DNA of 35,714 nt from IMG/VR virus record IMGVR_UViG_3300044557_000432, positions 1 to 35,714 of that record, one strand, 5' to 3'. The notes below the pieces were generated by a model. The model had not been told where the DNA came from. It did no database searches and worked only from the letters and a program-made list of their open reading frames with translations. Source of the stretch: a virus. Positions 26,558-34,291 of the stretch are shown here, in pieces (the first letter of the stretch is position 1; each line of letters starts with the position of its first letter). The position numbers were made by a program, and so were the translations under genes.

Positions 26558-26872
26558 TTGGACGCCATTTTCCTGCATCTCATAGAGGGTCTCATCACCA
26601 GCGCATTGGGCGCGATCGTCGGAGTGCTGGGAGCCACACACCGCAGGAACCGAGCTTTCAACAAGGGAATGACTGCGATATTGCGTCAGCAGCTCATCGA
26701 GCTGCATCGCGTCTGGGTCATCGAGAAGGGGTATGCGCCCGTCGAGATCAAGGAACAAGCGGACGACATCTACGAGGCCTACCACGATCTGGGAGGAAAT
26801 GGGACAGGCACCAAACTCCACGATGAGATTCTCGCTGCACACGTCGCACCATCAAGGGAGATCACAGCATGA
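26558..26872 (+). CDS. Membrane-anchored protein of the lysis module (1 TM; function unknown)
   Basis: TTG start; N-terminal TM AIFLHLIEGLITSALGAIVGVLG; C-terminal YHDLGGNGTGT motif. Confidence 0.55.
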   Translation: MDAIFLHLIEGLITSALGAIVGVLGATHRRNRAFNKGMTAILRQQLIELHRVWVIEKGYAPVEIKEQADDIYEAYHDLGGNGTGTKLHDEILAAHVAPSREITA

Positions 26873-27015
26873 AAACCCGCTATCAGAAACACTCCAGATT
26901 CAAGGCCCTGGCTGCTGTGGCTACCGGCATTCTCGCGCTGGTCGGCTTCCTGTGGCTGATGCGTGACGTCATTTTCTTCTGGATATGCGTTTTCTTGATT
27001 TTCGCTGTTTTGTGA
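26869..27015 (+). CDS. Small 48-aa two-TM protein (holin-like candidate), absent from the ORF track
   Basis: My own translation: [48 protein letters not shown]; ATGA overlap with the upstream stop. Confidence 0.5.
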   Translation: MKTRYQKHSRFKALAAVATGILALVGFLWLMRDVIFFWICVFLIFAVL

Positions 27016-27022
27016 TTGATTT

Positions 27023-27063
27023 CCCCGCACAAGACTGCGGGGCCTTAAAAGCCCCGCAGGGGC
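27023..27063 (+). promoter_or_regulatory. Three mutually exclusive GC hairpins just upstream of the endolysin RBS
   Basis: CCCCGCA/TGCGGGG (27023-27042), TGCGGGGC/GCCCCGCA (27036-27058), GCCCC/GGGGC (27051-27063). Confidence 0.4.
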
Positions 27064-27077
27064 GGAAGGGAGCCGAT

Positions 27078-28145
27078 ATGGCTTCGGTGAATGCGATAGA
27101 CATCAGCAATTGGCAGAGAGGAATCGACCTGAGCAAGGTCATGCCCCAAGGCGTGATGAGCAAGGCGACCCAAGGCAATTGGTTCGTGTCGAGCGATTGT
27201 GCACGTCAGGTGGAGCAGGCGCTCAAGCTTGGTTTGCTCACCGGCATCTACCATTACATCGACGGCACCGGCAACGCCGCCGCGGAGATGAAGTTCTTCG
27301 TCGACAACTGCCGCAATTGGTTCGGTCGCGTCATTCCCGCATTGGACTGGGAGTCTCAGGGCAACAAGCAGTGGGGCAACGTCGACTACCTGCGTAGCTG
27401 CGTGAGCGAATTCATCAAATTGACCGGCATCCCGCCGCTGCTGTACGGCTCCAAGTCCGTATTAGCGCAACTGGAGGAGGTCGCCAAGGAATTCAATTGC
27501 GGGGTCTGGGTCGCCCAGTACGCCAATTACGATCCGACGGGCTTCCAAAACACCCCGTGGAACGAGGGAGCCTACTCCTGCGCGATGCGCCAGTACTCCT
27601 CCACCGGACGATTGGCAGGATATCCAGGCAATCTCGACCTGAACAAGTTCTACGGTGACTCGGCCGCATGGCAGCGCTACGCGAACCCGAAGGGCACGAC
27701 GGTGGTCACCATGCCACCGAAGCCGTTCGCCGAGCTATCGGACGAGCAATTGGCGGACGAGGTCATCGAAGGCAAACACGGCAGCGGCACTGCCCGAATC
27801 CAAGCGCTCGGCTCCCGCTACAACGCGGTGCAAGCCGTCATCAACAAGCGATTGGGTGTGGCACAGGCCAAGAGCGTGGATGTGCTGGCGCGCGAGGTCA
27901 TTGAAGGCAAACACGGCGACGGAGACAACCGCCGCAAGTCCTTGGGCTCGCAGTACGACGCTGTCCAAGCACGCGTCAACCAGCTGCTGGGCAATGTGCC
28001 GAAAACCCGGTATTACAGGGTGCGCTCCGGCGACAACCTCAGTAAGATCGCCGCCCGTCTCGGCACCACAGTGACCGCGCTCGTGGCCGCCAATGGCATC
28101 AAGAACCCGAATCTGATTTATCCAGGCCAGAGCATCAAATACTGA
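27078..28145 (+). CDS. Endolysin: GH25 muramidase + 2 CW_7-like repeats + LysM
   Basis: [17 protein letters not shown]...GIYHY is GH25-like. [32 protein letters not shown] and [32 protein letters not shown] are the two repeats. [40 protein letters not shown] is LysM. Confidence 0.85.
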   Translation: MASVNAIDISNWQRGIDLSKVMPQGVMSKATQGNWFVSSDCARQVEQALKLGLLTGIYHYIDGTGNAAAEMKFFVDNCRNWFGRVIPALDWESQGNKQWGNVDYLRSCVSEFIKLTGIPPLLYGSKSVLAQLEEVAKEFNCGVWVAQYANYDPTGFQNTPWNEGAYSCAMRQYSSTGRLAGYPGNLDLNKFYGDSAAWQRYANPKGTTVVTMPPKPFAELSDEQLADEVIEGKHGSGTARIQALGSRYNAVQAVINKRLGVAQAKSVDVLAREVIEGKHGDGDNRRKSLGSQYDAVQARVNQLLGNVPKTRYYRVRSGDNLSKIAARLGTTVTALVAANGIKNPNLIYPGQSIKY

Positions 28146-28156
28146 AAGGTTGAATA

Positions 28157-28426
28157 ATGGCAGACGCAAAACATGCCGCCGACGACCCCTTGGACACCCC
28201 AGCCGAATGGCTCTCATGGCTCAAAGCGGCTGGCATCCGCGCTATGAAGACAGCAGCTCAGGCCGCGTTGGGCGCGATCGGAGCAGCCGCCGCACTGGGC
28301 GACGCGAACTGGATTCTGGTCGGCAGCACTGCAGGATTGGCGGCAGTGGCTTCGGTGCTCACCAGTATCGTGGGCTTGCCCGAGGTTGCTGACGGTGATT
28401 CGCTCGCCAAGCTCACCAGCAAATAG
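28157..28426 (+). CDS. Holin (actinophage/r1t-like type)
   Basis: 89 aa; IRAMKTAAQAALGAIGAAAAL and ILVGSTAGLAAVASVLTSIV hydrophobic helices; lies directly after the endolysin. Confidence 0.65.
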   Translation: MADAKHAADDPLDTPAEWLSWLKAAGIRAMKTAAQAALGAIGAAAALGDANWILVGSTAGLAAVASVLTSIVGLPEVADGDSLAKLTSK

Positions 28427-28829
28427 CTCAGAATATAGGCGGTCAAAACGCTTAGAATATACGAGAACCCCGGTGTTTCATAATGTTTCGTATGAGTGAC
28501 GCTCCGGGGCCTTCACTTGCAGAATCGCATATTCTAAACAATTTCGACCATCTGTTATCCAATGCGAATCTGCGGAATCACACCGAATCGGGTTCTCACA
28601 GCGGGAGATTCTTTGGATAAAACCATTCGAGAATGGATAAAACGGTCACCGAGGTTCTAAAGGAATATTTCACACCCGGATGCAACATTGCAGCATGGTG
28701 AAAATTTCCGCATCTGTTTAAAATTCCTGCAAAAATATATAAAAACATGCAGAATGTAATACCCTTGGTCTCAGCGAATCACATCCGAGGGGTAATAACG
28801 AATATTTTCACCCCTGCTGTCACACATTG

Positions 28830-28866
28830 CCCCTCATCTCCAATTACGGAGGTGGGGGGCTTTTCT
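28830..28866 (+). terminator. Rho-independent terminator (+ strand)
   Basis: 12-bp stem CCCCTCATCTCC/GGAGGTGGGGGG (2 G-U pairs), loop aattac, followed by cttttct. Confidence 0.6.
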
Positions 28867-28878
28867 GCGTTTAAAAAA

Positions 28879-28898
28879 GGCTCCGCAGAAACGGAGCC
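28879..28898. terminator. Bidirectional hairpin terminator
   Basis: aaaaaa-GGCTCCG-cagaaa-CGGAGCC-tcaacaatttttt. Confidence 0.6.
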
Positions 28899-28959
28899 TC
28901 AACAATTTTTTAGTAGATTACTCACTCATCTTTTGTAGTCATAAAAATAACATTATCAC

Positions 28960-29157
28960 TTACTCAGCACTCTTTACAACTACGTTTCGGCGCTTATCCA
29001 TCTTTCGTAACTCCGAGAGTAGGGGCCACGAAGCCCAATGTCTTTTAGGAAGACTCCCATTTTTTACCATCTCGGCCGCTAAAGAAAGCGCTTCCTCGTT
29101 CTTATCTAGCAGACAAAGTTTAGCAAGTTTCAAAGAACTATCGGCGGAAGAAGTATC
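28960..29157 (-). other. 65-codon in-frame continuation after the TGA of the HEPN-like ORF (truncated or read-through C-terminus)
   Basis: Translated codon by codon: DTSSADSSLKLAKLCLLDKNEEALSLAAEMVKNGSLPKRHWASWPLLSELRKMDKRRNVVVKSAE then TAA. Confidence 0.6.
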
Positions 29158-30300
29158 TCATCTTTCGACGTCACCTCTTACATTTTCGAACTCCCCAAGA
29201 GCTTTAGCAGCAATCCAACCATTAACCATTATGGTTTGCTTTCCATAATCTCTTCGGAATTTCGTATGTGCGTATCTATCTGCTAAACGCCTAACTAGTG
29301 AGAATCGATTCAACTGAAGCATGTAATAAAGTCTGTTGGTAAGGTAATCCTCAAATGCCCCCTGGTCTTCTTCAGGGATTAGGGTATCTCCCAAGCTTAC
29401 TAAGAGCTGAAAAGCAATGTCCAAAGTGGAGTCCGCGACATCGCGAATAAAACTATCACTTAATTGGATTTGCTCTCCTATTCCCGCTGACATATCAATC
29501 GTCTGTAATGCGTCGTACGTAGCTTTATCACAAATACCATTTGCATGAACAAATCTATTTCTCACGAGATAATAAACATTCATTTCATGATTTCGCCGAT
29601 TATCTGGAAAATTACATCCTAATTTTTTGAGCGTCTCGATTTGATTAGTAAACGATTCTCCCATCTTTCGACGGACGTGTTCTTCTATGACGCGTGTTTT
29701 TATTTCTTCAGCTGATGACGTCGAGATTTCTTCCCAGGTATAACGGTGATCAGAGTCGTTCAGTAATTTCATGCTGTGATTCGTTCGTTCATAAATTAAT
29801 GTCATCGACGATGCTATGTAAGCGTCCAGATCGCTGATGAGAGTAACGAGTAAAGAGTTGAGAAGAATGTTCTCTTCCGGGTACCTGAACAGTTCCTCGA
29901 CCGTCTGGTTATCGACTAATGCGGCTTGAACTTCTTCCGGAAGATTGTTTAGATATTTCTCGAGTTTTTTGGCATTAGCCTTATGCTTTGCCAGCCCTGA
30001 ATCTTCCATTTTTCTATCAATTTTCGATTGTAAACTGATGAACTGCTCTACTATCTTCTTTAAGTCATTCTTCGAATAATCGGGAAGAACATTGCGCATA
30101 CCAGTAACAAAGCGACTCTCAAAATCACTTTCCATATTTTCTATGTGCTCCAAAAGATACAGGCTACTCTTCTGACGCAAGTAGAACCCGTAAAAAGTAC
30201 TGACAATCGTATCTAATTCCGGGCTCTTTTTCTTAGGACTTTCATCTTTTTTCTTGGCAGGAACCGTATGGTTCCTTTTATTATGAGATTTACGTGACAT
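29158..30300 (-). CDS. Low-GC accessory protein with an Rx4H (HEPN-like) motif; candidate abortive-infection/defence effector, ORF ends at an in-frame TGA
   Basis: 380 aa; Lys-rich N-terminus; LVRNRFVHANG (R247-H252, nt 29545-29562); GGAGA RBS; local GC about 35-47 % against 55-65 % elsewhere. Confidence 0.5.
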   Translation of the reverse strand: MSRKSHNKRNHTVPAKKKDESPKKKSPELDTIVSTFYGFYLRQKSSLYLLEHIENMESDFESRFVTGMRNVLPDYSKNDLKKIVEQFISLQSKIDRKMEDSGLAKHKANAKKLEKYLNNLPEEVQAALVDNQTVEELFRYPEENILLNSLLVTLISDLDAYIASSMTLIYERTNHSMKLLNDSDHRYTWEEISTSSAEEIKTRVIEEHVRRKMGESFTNQIETLKKLGCNFPDNRRNHEMNVYYLVRNRFVHANGICDKATYDALQTIDMSAGIGEQIQLSDSFIRDVADSTLDIAFQLLVSLGDTLIPEEDQGAFEDYLTNRLYYMLQLNRFSLVRRLADRYAHTKFRRDYGKQTIMVNGWIAAKALGEFENVRGDVER

Positions 30301-30379
30301 CGTTCTCCGCCGTTCGATGGTCTTTTAACAATATTGTAATTATCGTCTTGATCTATCGAATTAAGAAAATCTCTCTAGG

Positions 30380-30631
30380 ATGACAACCACTACCATGATT
30401 CGCATGAGCGACTATTCAAGCGCTGGCGAATACCGCCACAATCGTGAACAGCCCTCCGCGAGCATGGAGAAACGCCGCCTCGTACTCCTCGGCTACCTCA
30501 TCGATTTGAAAGCCCACACTTCGCAAAGTCTTCGAAGAATGGCCTTGTCTGATATCGAGGCTCTGCGCGATCACCCGTCTCCGGATATGATTCGGTCTCT
30601 GGAACGCAAATGGGACCGTCAAGCAAAATGA
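30380..30631 (+). CDS. Hypothetical 83-aa protein, divergent from the HEPN-like gene (weak call)
   Basis: GC3 about 59 % by hand count, above local GC; competing reverse-strand ORFs exist. Confidence 0.3.
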   Translation: MTTTTMIRMSDYSSAGEYRHNREQPSASMEKRRLVLLGYLIDLKAHTSQSLRRMALSDIEALRDHPSPDMIRSLERKWDRQAK

Positions 30632-30831
30632 CTCCATCAATGAGCGCGACTTCCAATTCTTCGTCTGTCATAGGCTGATGATGGCACAATCTGAACGCTG
30701 ACGCTCATCGACCGCAGTGGATTGTGGATATGTAGAAATCCCACCAGAATCCCACGAAAAACCCACAGGACTCTAAAAAACAAGCAAGATACGAAAGATA
30801 CCCAAGATTGAAAGCGCCCGAGAAATGCCGT

Positions 30832-30883
30832 CAGGAGTAGGTCTAATCGCCTATCCCCTACTCCTGCTTAATTCTTGTTTTTT
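30832..30883 (+). terminator. Perfect 10-bp hairpin plus T-run next to attP
   Basis: CAGGAGTAGG (30832-30841) pairs with CCTACTCCTG (30857-30866), followed by cttaattcttgtttttt. Confidence 0.6.
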
Positions 30884-30885
30884 CG

Positions 30886-30921
30886 CGTCTGCGGGTTCGA
30901 GCCCCGCCCGGGGCACCCAAG
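30886..30921 (+). other. attP core candidate: 3' end of a tRNA gene (T-arm plus acceptor strand)
   Basis: GCGGG-TTCGAGC-CCCGC-CCGGGGC-A-CCC, 22 bp from the integrase stop. Confidence 0.65.
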
Positions 30922-30942
30922 ATTCCCCAATGATTCCAACGC

Positions 30943-32115
30943 CTAAGCAGCAGTCTCCACCTCGAAATCCCACGAAAAACCCACAGGCGAATTCTCAAGC
31001 AGCAAATCATTCATAGACTCCCCCACCGCCGTCAGATCATCATCAAAGAGATCCGCATAGATATCCAAAGTCATCGCCGCGCTCGCATGCCCCAGCTGAC
31101 GCTGCACCGCTTTGACGTTCGCACCGGACTTCACCATCAGTGATGCCGCAGTGTGACGAAGGTCGTGGATCGTCATGCGCGGGATTCCCGCTCGGTCGCA
31201 GGCGCTGGAGAACCAGTTGCTCCGGGTGCGCGGACCATCCACCTGCCGCATGAACCCTCCGGGCATCGTCCCGGTGAAGAGCAGATCCTCGGGCCCCTTG
31301 CCCTCCATCGCTTTCCGCAGTCCCTTGTCAAGCACCTTGGGGAACACGACGCTGCGGCTCTTCTTACCCTTCGTCGAGCCCTCGTCTATCTCTCCCCTGA
31401 CCTGAGTGGCCGAGCCGCGTATCCTCATGCGGTGGCGTTTGAGGTTCACGTCCTTGACCCGCAGGCCGATGGCCTCTCCCCATCTCAGACCCACCAATCC
31501 GAGCACTAATATAAGAAGTGCCTTCGTGCCGCACTCACGTGCCAGGGAGAGCAGCTGCTCGCTCGTCAGATACACGTGGGCCTTGTGGTTCTTCTGCGGG
31601 TATTCCAATCCAGCCGCCGCGTTCTTGGCGACCATGTTCGAATCCATGGCGTCGTCGAGGATCCCCCGGAGCACCCCGGCCGCACGTTTGACGACGGTGG
31701 CGCTTTTCCCCTTGACGACGATCTCGCCAGCCGCATCCTTCTCATCGGTCGCCATTTTGGTGACCCACATCTGCACGTCGCTTTTCCTGATGTCGTTGAC
31801 CTTGCGGGTCCCCCACGCGGGTTCCACGTGGTTCCGCCAAGCGCCTTCCACGTCATCGTAGTAGCTTGGGGCGAGGCTCATCTTCTTCTTCGCGAGCCAT
31901 GCGGGGGCCAATCGAGCGACTTCGGTCTTCCCAGCAGCCGGATCAATGTATCCTCCGGTGAGCACCTCCACAGCGTGAATGGCGGCCCAGTCCTGCGCAT
32001 CCTTCTTGCGCTTGAAACCGGATTTATCCGTGCTCTTCTTGGTACCGGGCTTCCGATAACGAACCCTATATAATAAGGACCCGCTTTTCGTTCGGTAGCT
32101 GACGATGCTCGCCAT
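30943..32115 (-). CDS. int: Tyrosine integrase
   Basis: LRWGEAIGL, HDLRHTAASLMV and LGHASAAMTLDIYADLF; an alternative GTG start at 32136 gives 397 aa. Confidence 0.9.
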   Translation of the reverse strand: MASIVSYRTKSGSLLYRVRYRKPGTKKSTDKSGFKRKKDAQDWAAIHAVEVLTGGYIDPAAGKTEVARLAPAWLAKKKMSLAPSYYDDVEGAWRNHVEPAWGTRKVNDIRKSDVQMWVTKMATDEKDAAGEIVVKGKSATVVKRAAGVLRGILDDAMDSNMVAKNAAAGLEYPQKNHKAHVYLTSEQLLSLARECGTKALLILVLGLVGLRWGEAIGLRVKDVNLKRHRMRIRGSATQVRGEIDEGSTKGKKSRSVVFPKVLDKGLRKAMEGKGPEDLLFTGTMPGGFMRQVDGPRTRSNWFSSACDRAGIPRMTIHDLRHTAASLMVKSGANVKAVQRQLGHASAAMTLDIYADLFDDDLTAVGESMNDLLLENSPVGFSWDFEVETAA

Positions 32116-32246
32116 ATGGGTGTGCTCCGCTCCCACCGGCTACACTAGGTAGCTGGTGATGTTGTTTCGCTAATTTTGGACAATGCGCGAATTGATTCAC
32201 TAGGCCTCATAGGTGTTCCACCACCTGTGGGGCCGTTTTTTGTTTC

Positions 32247-32897
32247 TTAGTTGTCTTTCATCGTGCAGGAAGCGTTGGCGGATTGTCCCGTTGCTTCTTT
32301 CTGAACCTGTACTTTTCCGTCAACGGTGATCTTGCAGGACACCTTCACATCATCCGTTGCCTCGTAATCGGAGTTGGATACGCTCAGCGTCCAGACCTTC
32401 TTAGCGTCATCTCCGGTCAGTTCCTTCGTCCAGGTGTTGGAGAAGTCCGCGCTGCTGTTGGAGCCGTCCATGTCCATCCACATCGCATTGCCTTTGCTGG
32501 TGGCGGTGGCTTCGAGGATGACGGAGCTTGCGTTCGTCTTCCCGTCGGTCGTCTTCTCAAGGTCGTCCGAGGCTTTGTCGAGTGCTGCGCCCCAAGAAGC
32601 CTGCAGTGCTAGTGCGATGATCACGGCGAGGACGCTGGCCACGAGGCCTGCGACGGAGATGCCCATTCCACGGTGTTTGCTGTTCTTTCGGGTTCCGAAA
32701 ACTGCGATGAGTGCCAGGATAGCGCCGATGATACCGAGGATGACGCTTCCGTTATTGACGATGGGGATGAAGCTCAAAAGAAGGGCGATCACACCTAATA
32801 CGAGTCCGATGATACCCAACACACTTATCGGCTTCTTAACCGGTGGCTGCGCAGGAATCGGTTGTTGAGGCGTGGGAGTCTGAATTGGTTCTGTCAT
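32247..32897 (-). CDS. Membrane protein (Pro-rich N-terminus, 3 hydrophobic helices, extracytoplasmic domain); lysogeny-module accessory gene
   Basis: AAGGAG RBS; ISVLGIIGLVLGVIALLLSFIPIV, SVILGIIGAILALIAVFG and ISVAGLVASVLAVIIALAL. Confidence 0.7.
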   Translation of the reverse strand: MTEPIQTPTPQQPIPAQPPVKKPISVLGIIGLVLGVIALLLSFIPIVNNGSVILGIIGAILALIAVFGTRKNSKHRGMGISVAGLVASVLAVIIALALQASWGAALDKASDDLEKTTDGKTNASSVILEATATSKGNAMWMDMDGSNSSADFSNTWTKELTGDDAKKVWTLSVSNSDYEATDDVKVSCKITVDGKVQVQKEATGQSANASCTMKDN

Positions 32898-32919
32898 GAT
32901 TCTCCTTATATATCTGTTC

Positions 32920-33372
32920 TCAATGGGTACTGCACAAATTCTTTAGTCCCGGATTCTCAACCAGAAAAGACTGATAATCCGTTAGGACTTGTTGTGTGAC
33001 GTCGAGGTCGTCCGCGATGCGTGCTCGGTCTCCGTCGTACACGATTTCGAGCTGTTTGTATTCCTGCGGGTCGATGAGCAGTTTCGCTGTCATGCGGCGT
33101 GTGCGGCATTCGGCTTTGGCTTTGAGCACGTGGTCTCGGAATGAATCTCCGTACCTCCAGTGCACGAGCTCGTGACACAGCGCGCAGCGTTTCTGACGGT
33201 AGGTGGCTTTGCGTTCGATGAGGATCATGCGGCTCGAATCGTCGTACATTCCCCAGAGGTCATGCCCCAGATTCGCCTCGCTCTCCACGGCGATGCCTTC
33301 CACGTCGGCATAGTGTCGCATCTGCGCGTAGGACATATGAGGGGTGATGGCGAGGGCTGGATCAGGGCTCAT
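32920..33372 (-). CDS. ImmA/IrrE-family zinc metallopeptidase (anti-repressor protease)
   Basis: HEXXH as CHELVH; overlaps the repressor 3' end; alternative GTG start at 33381. Confidence 0.75.
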   Translation of the reverse strand: MSPDPALAITPHMSYAQMRHYADVEGIAVESEANLGHDLWGMYDDSSRMILIERKATYRQKRCALCHELVHWRYGDSFRDHVLKAKAECRTRRMTAKLLIDPQEYKQLEIVYDGDRARIADDLDVTQQVLTDYQSFLVENPGLKNLCSTH

Positions 33373-33751
33373 CGATCTCACCTCTCTCCAGCAAAGCGGC
33401 CTTATTCTTATCCTCCAGAGCGGCGGTACCGATTCCTCCTAAATCAAGATTCCTCAGTGCCATCTTCTTGCGAACGTCAGTAGAAAGCTGCGAAACATCG
33501 ATACGAGTCCGTGCCGAAGCTTGCTTGTAGATATCGATAGGTTCAAGACCAAGGGCGCTCGCGATGTTGTCGATGTCGGAGGTGTTGAAAGGAGCTTCGT
33601 AACGCATTCGCGTATACCAATAATTCGATGTGATGCCGGACTTCTCGAAAAACTCCAAGGCCGACATTCCATTTTCACCTAGAAGATCTCTGCAGGTATC
33701 AATGATCGCTCTGCTGGACTCTGTGACTTCGCTTTTCTTGCTCCTACCCAT
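33362..33751 (-). CDS. XRE-family phage repressor (CI/ImmR-like), probably leaderless
   Basis: ENGMSALEFFEKSGITSNYWYTRMRYEAPFNTSDIDNIASALGLEP HTH; no RBS; the ATG lies 7 nt after a TAATTT -10 box. Confidence 0.75.
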   Translation of the reverse strand: MGRSKKSEVTESSRAIIDTCRDLLGENGMSALEFFEKSGITSNYWYTRMRYEAPFNTSDIDNIASALGLEPIDIYKQASARTRIDVSQLSTDVRKKMALRNLDLGGIGTAALEDKNKAALLERGEIDEP

Positions 33752-33853
33752 GTAAAAGAAATTACCCTAAATAGATACAAAATTCAACTTCCTACCTATT
33801 TAAGTTGACATGCTCTACCTAAATAGGTACAGTCATGGTGTCGAAGGGAAATC
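33752..33853. promoter_or_regulatory. Lysis-lysogeny switch: divergent promoters and three operator-like sites
   Basis: Rightward promoter TTGACA (33805-33810), 17-bp spacer, TACAGT (33828-33833). Leftward promoter TTGAAT (33782-33787, minus strand), 17-bp spacer, TAATTT (33759-33764, minus strand). Operator-like sites ACCCTAAATAGATAC 33764-33778, TACCTATTTAAGTT 33793-33806, TACCTAAATAGGTA 33816-33829. Confidence 0.65.
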
Positions 33854-34111
33854 ATGGACACCACAAAGCAAATTGCCTCAGGCCTCGCAGCCGAGCTGGC
33901 ACGAGCAGGCCACACAAAAGGTGACCTAGCAGAACCACTCGGCCTCACCAGACAAACCATTTACTCCCGATTCGCAGGACACGGGTCATTCACCACAGAC
34001 GACCTCGACCGCGCAGCCCACTACCTCAACATGACCTTCATGCAACTCATGCTCCGACTACTCCCAACAAAAGCAGAAACACCAGCGCTCGCGGATGGAG
34101 TCTCGAAATGA
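33854..34111 (+). CDS. Cro-like HTH regulator
   Basis: KGDLAEPLGLTRQTIYSRFAG HTH; first gene of the rightward operon. Confidence 0.7.
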   Translation: MDTTKQIASGLAAELARAGHTKGDLAEPLGLTRQTIYSRFAGHGSFTTDDLDRAAHYLNMTFMQLMLRLLPTKAETPALADGVSK

Positions 34112-34284
34112 AGAGGAACTCTTGGGGTCTCGTGAACTGGCTTTTCATCATCGCCTGCGGCTGCGGCTTCGGTCTCATGACGGTGGGTAGCTATGACCAC
34201 GATTGGCCGATGCTTCTCGTCGGTTTCGTGCTCATCAGCGGTTCGATCAGCGCCTATCTGGTGAGGGACGGCAAGAAAGCCTAG
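34108..34284 (+). CDS. Small 58-aa two-TM membrane protein, absent from the ORF track
   Basis: My own translation: MKRNSWGLVNWLFIIACGCGFGLMTVGSYDHDWPMLLVGFVLISGSISAYLVRDGKKA; ATGA overlap. Confidence 0.5.
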   Translation: MKRNSWGLVNWLFIIACGCGFGLMTVGSYDHDWPMLLVGFVLISGSISAYLVRDGKKA

Positions 34285-34291
34285 GCAAAAG

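Noticed and set aside
28747-28938. 63-aa + strand ORF in the AT-rich region
   Set aside because: It runs straight through two terminator hairpins, has no RBS and has an implausible composition.
30416-30689. Reverse-strand ORFs (30416-30640, 30498-30689), possibly a decayed integrase C-terminus (IRRRVIAQSLDIRQGHSSKTL vaguely like HxLRH...LGHSS)
   Set aside because: The spacing between the motifs is too short, there is no catalytic Tyr context, and third-position GC favours the + strand frame. The region remains unresolved, and a profile search would settle it.
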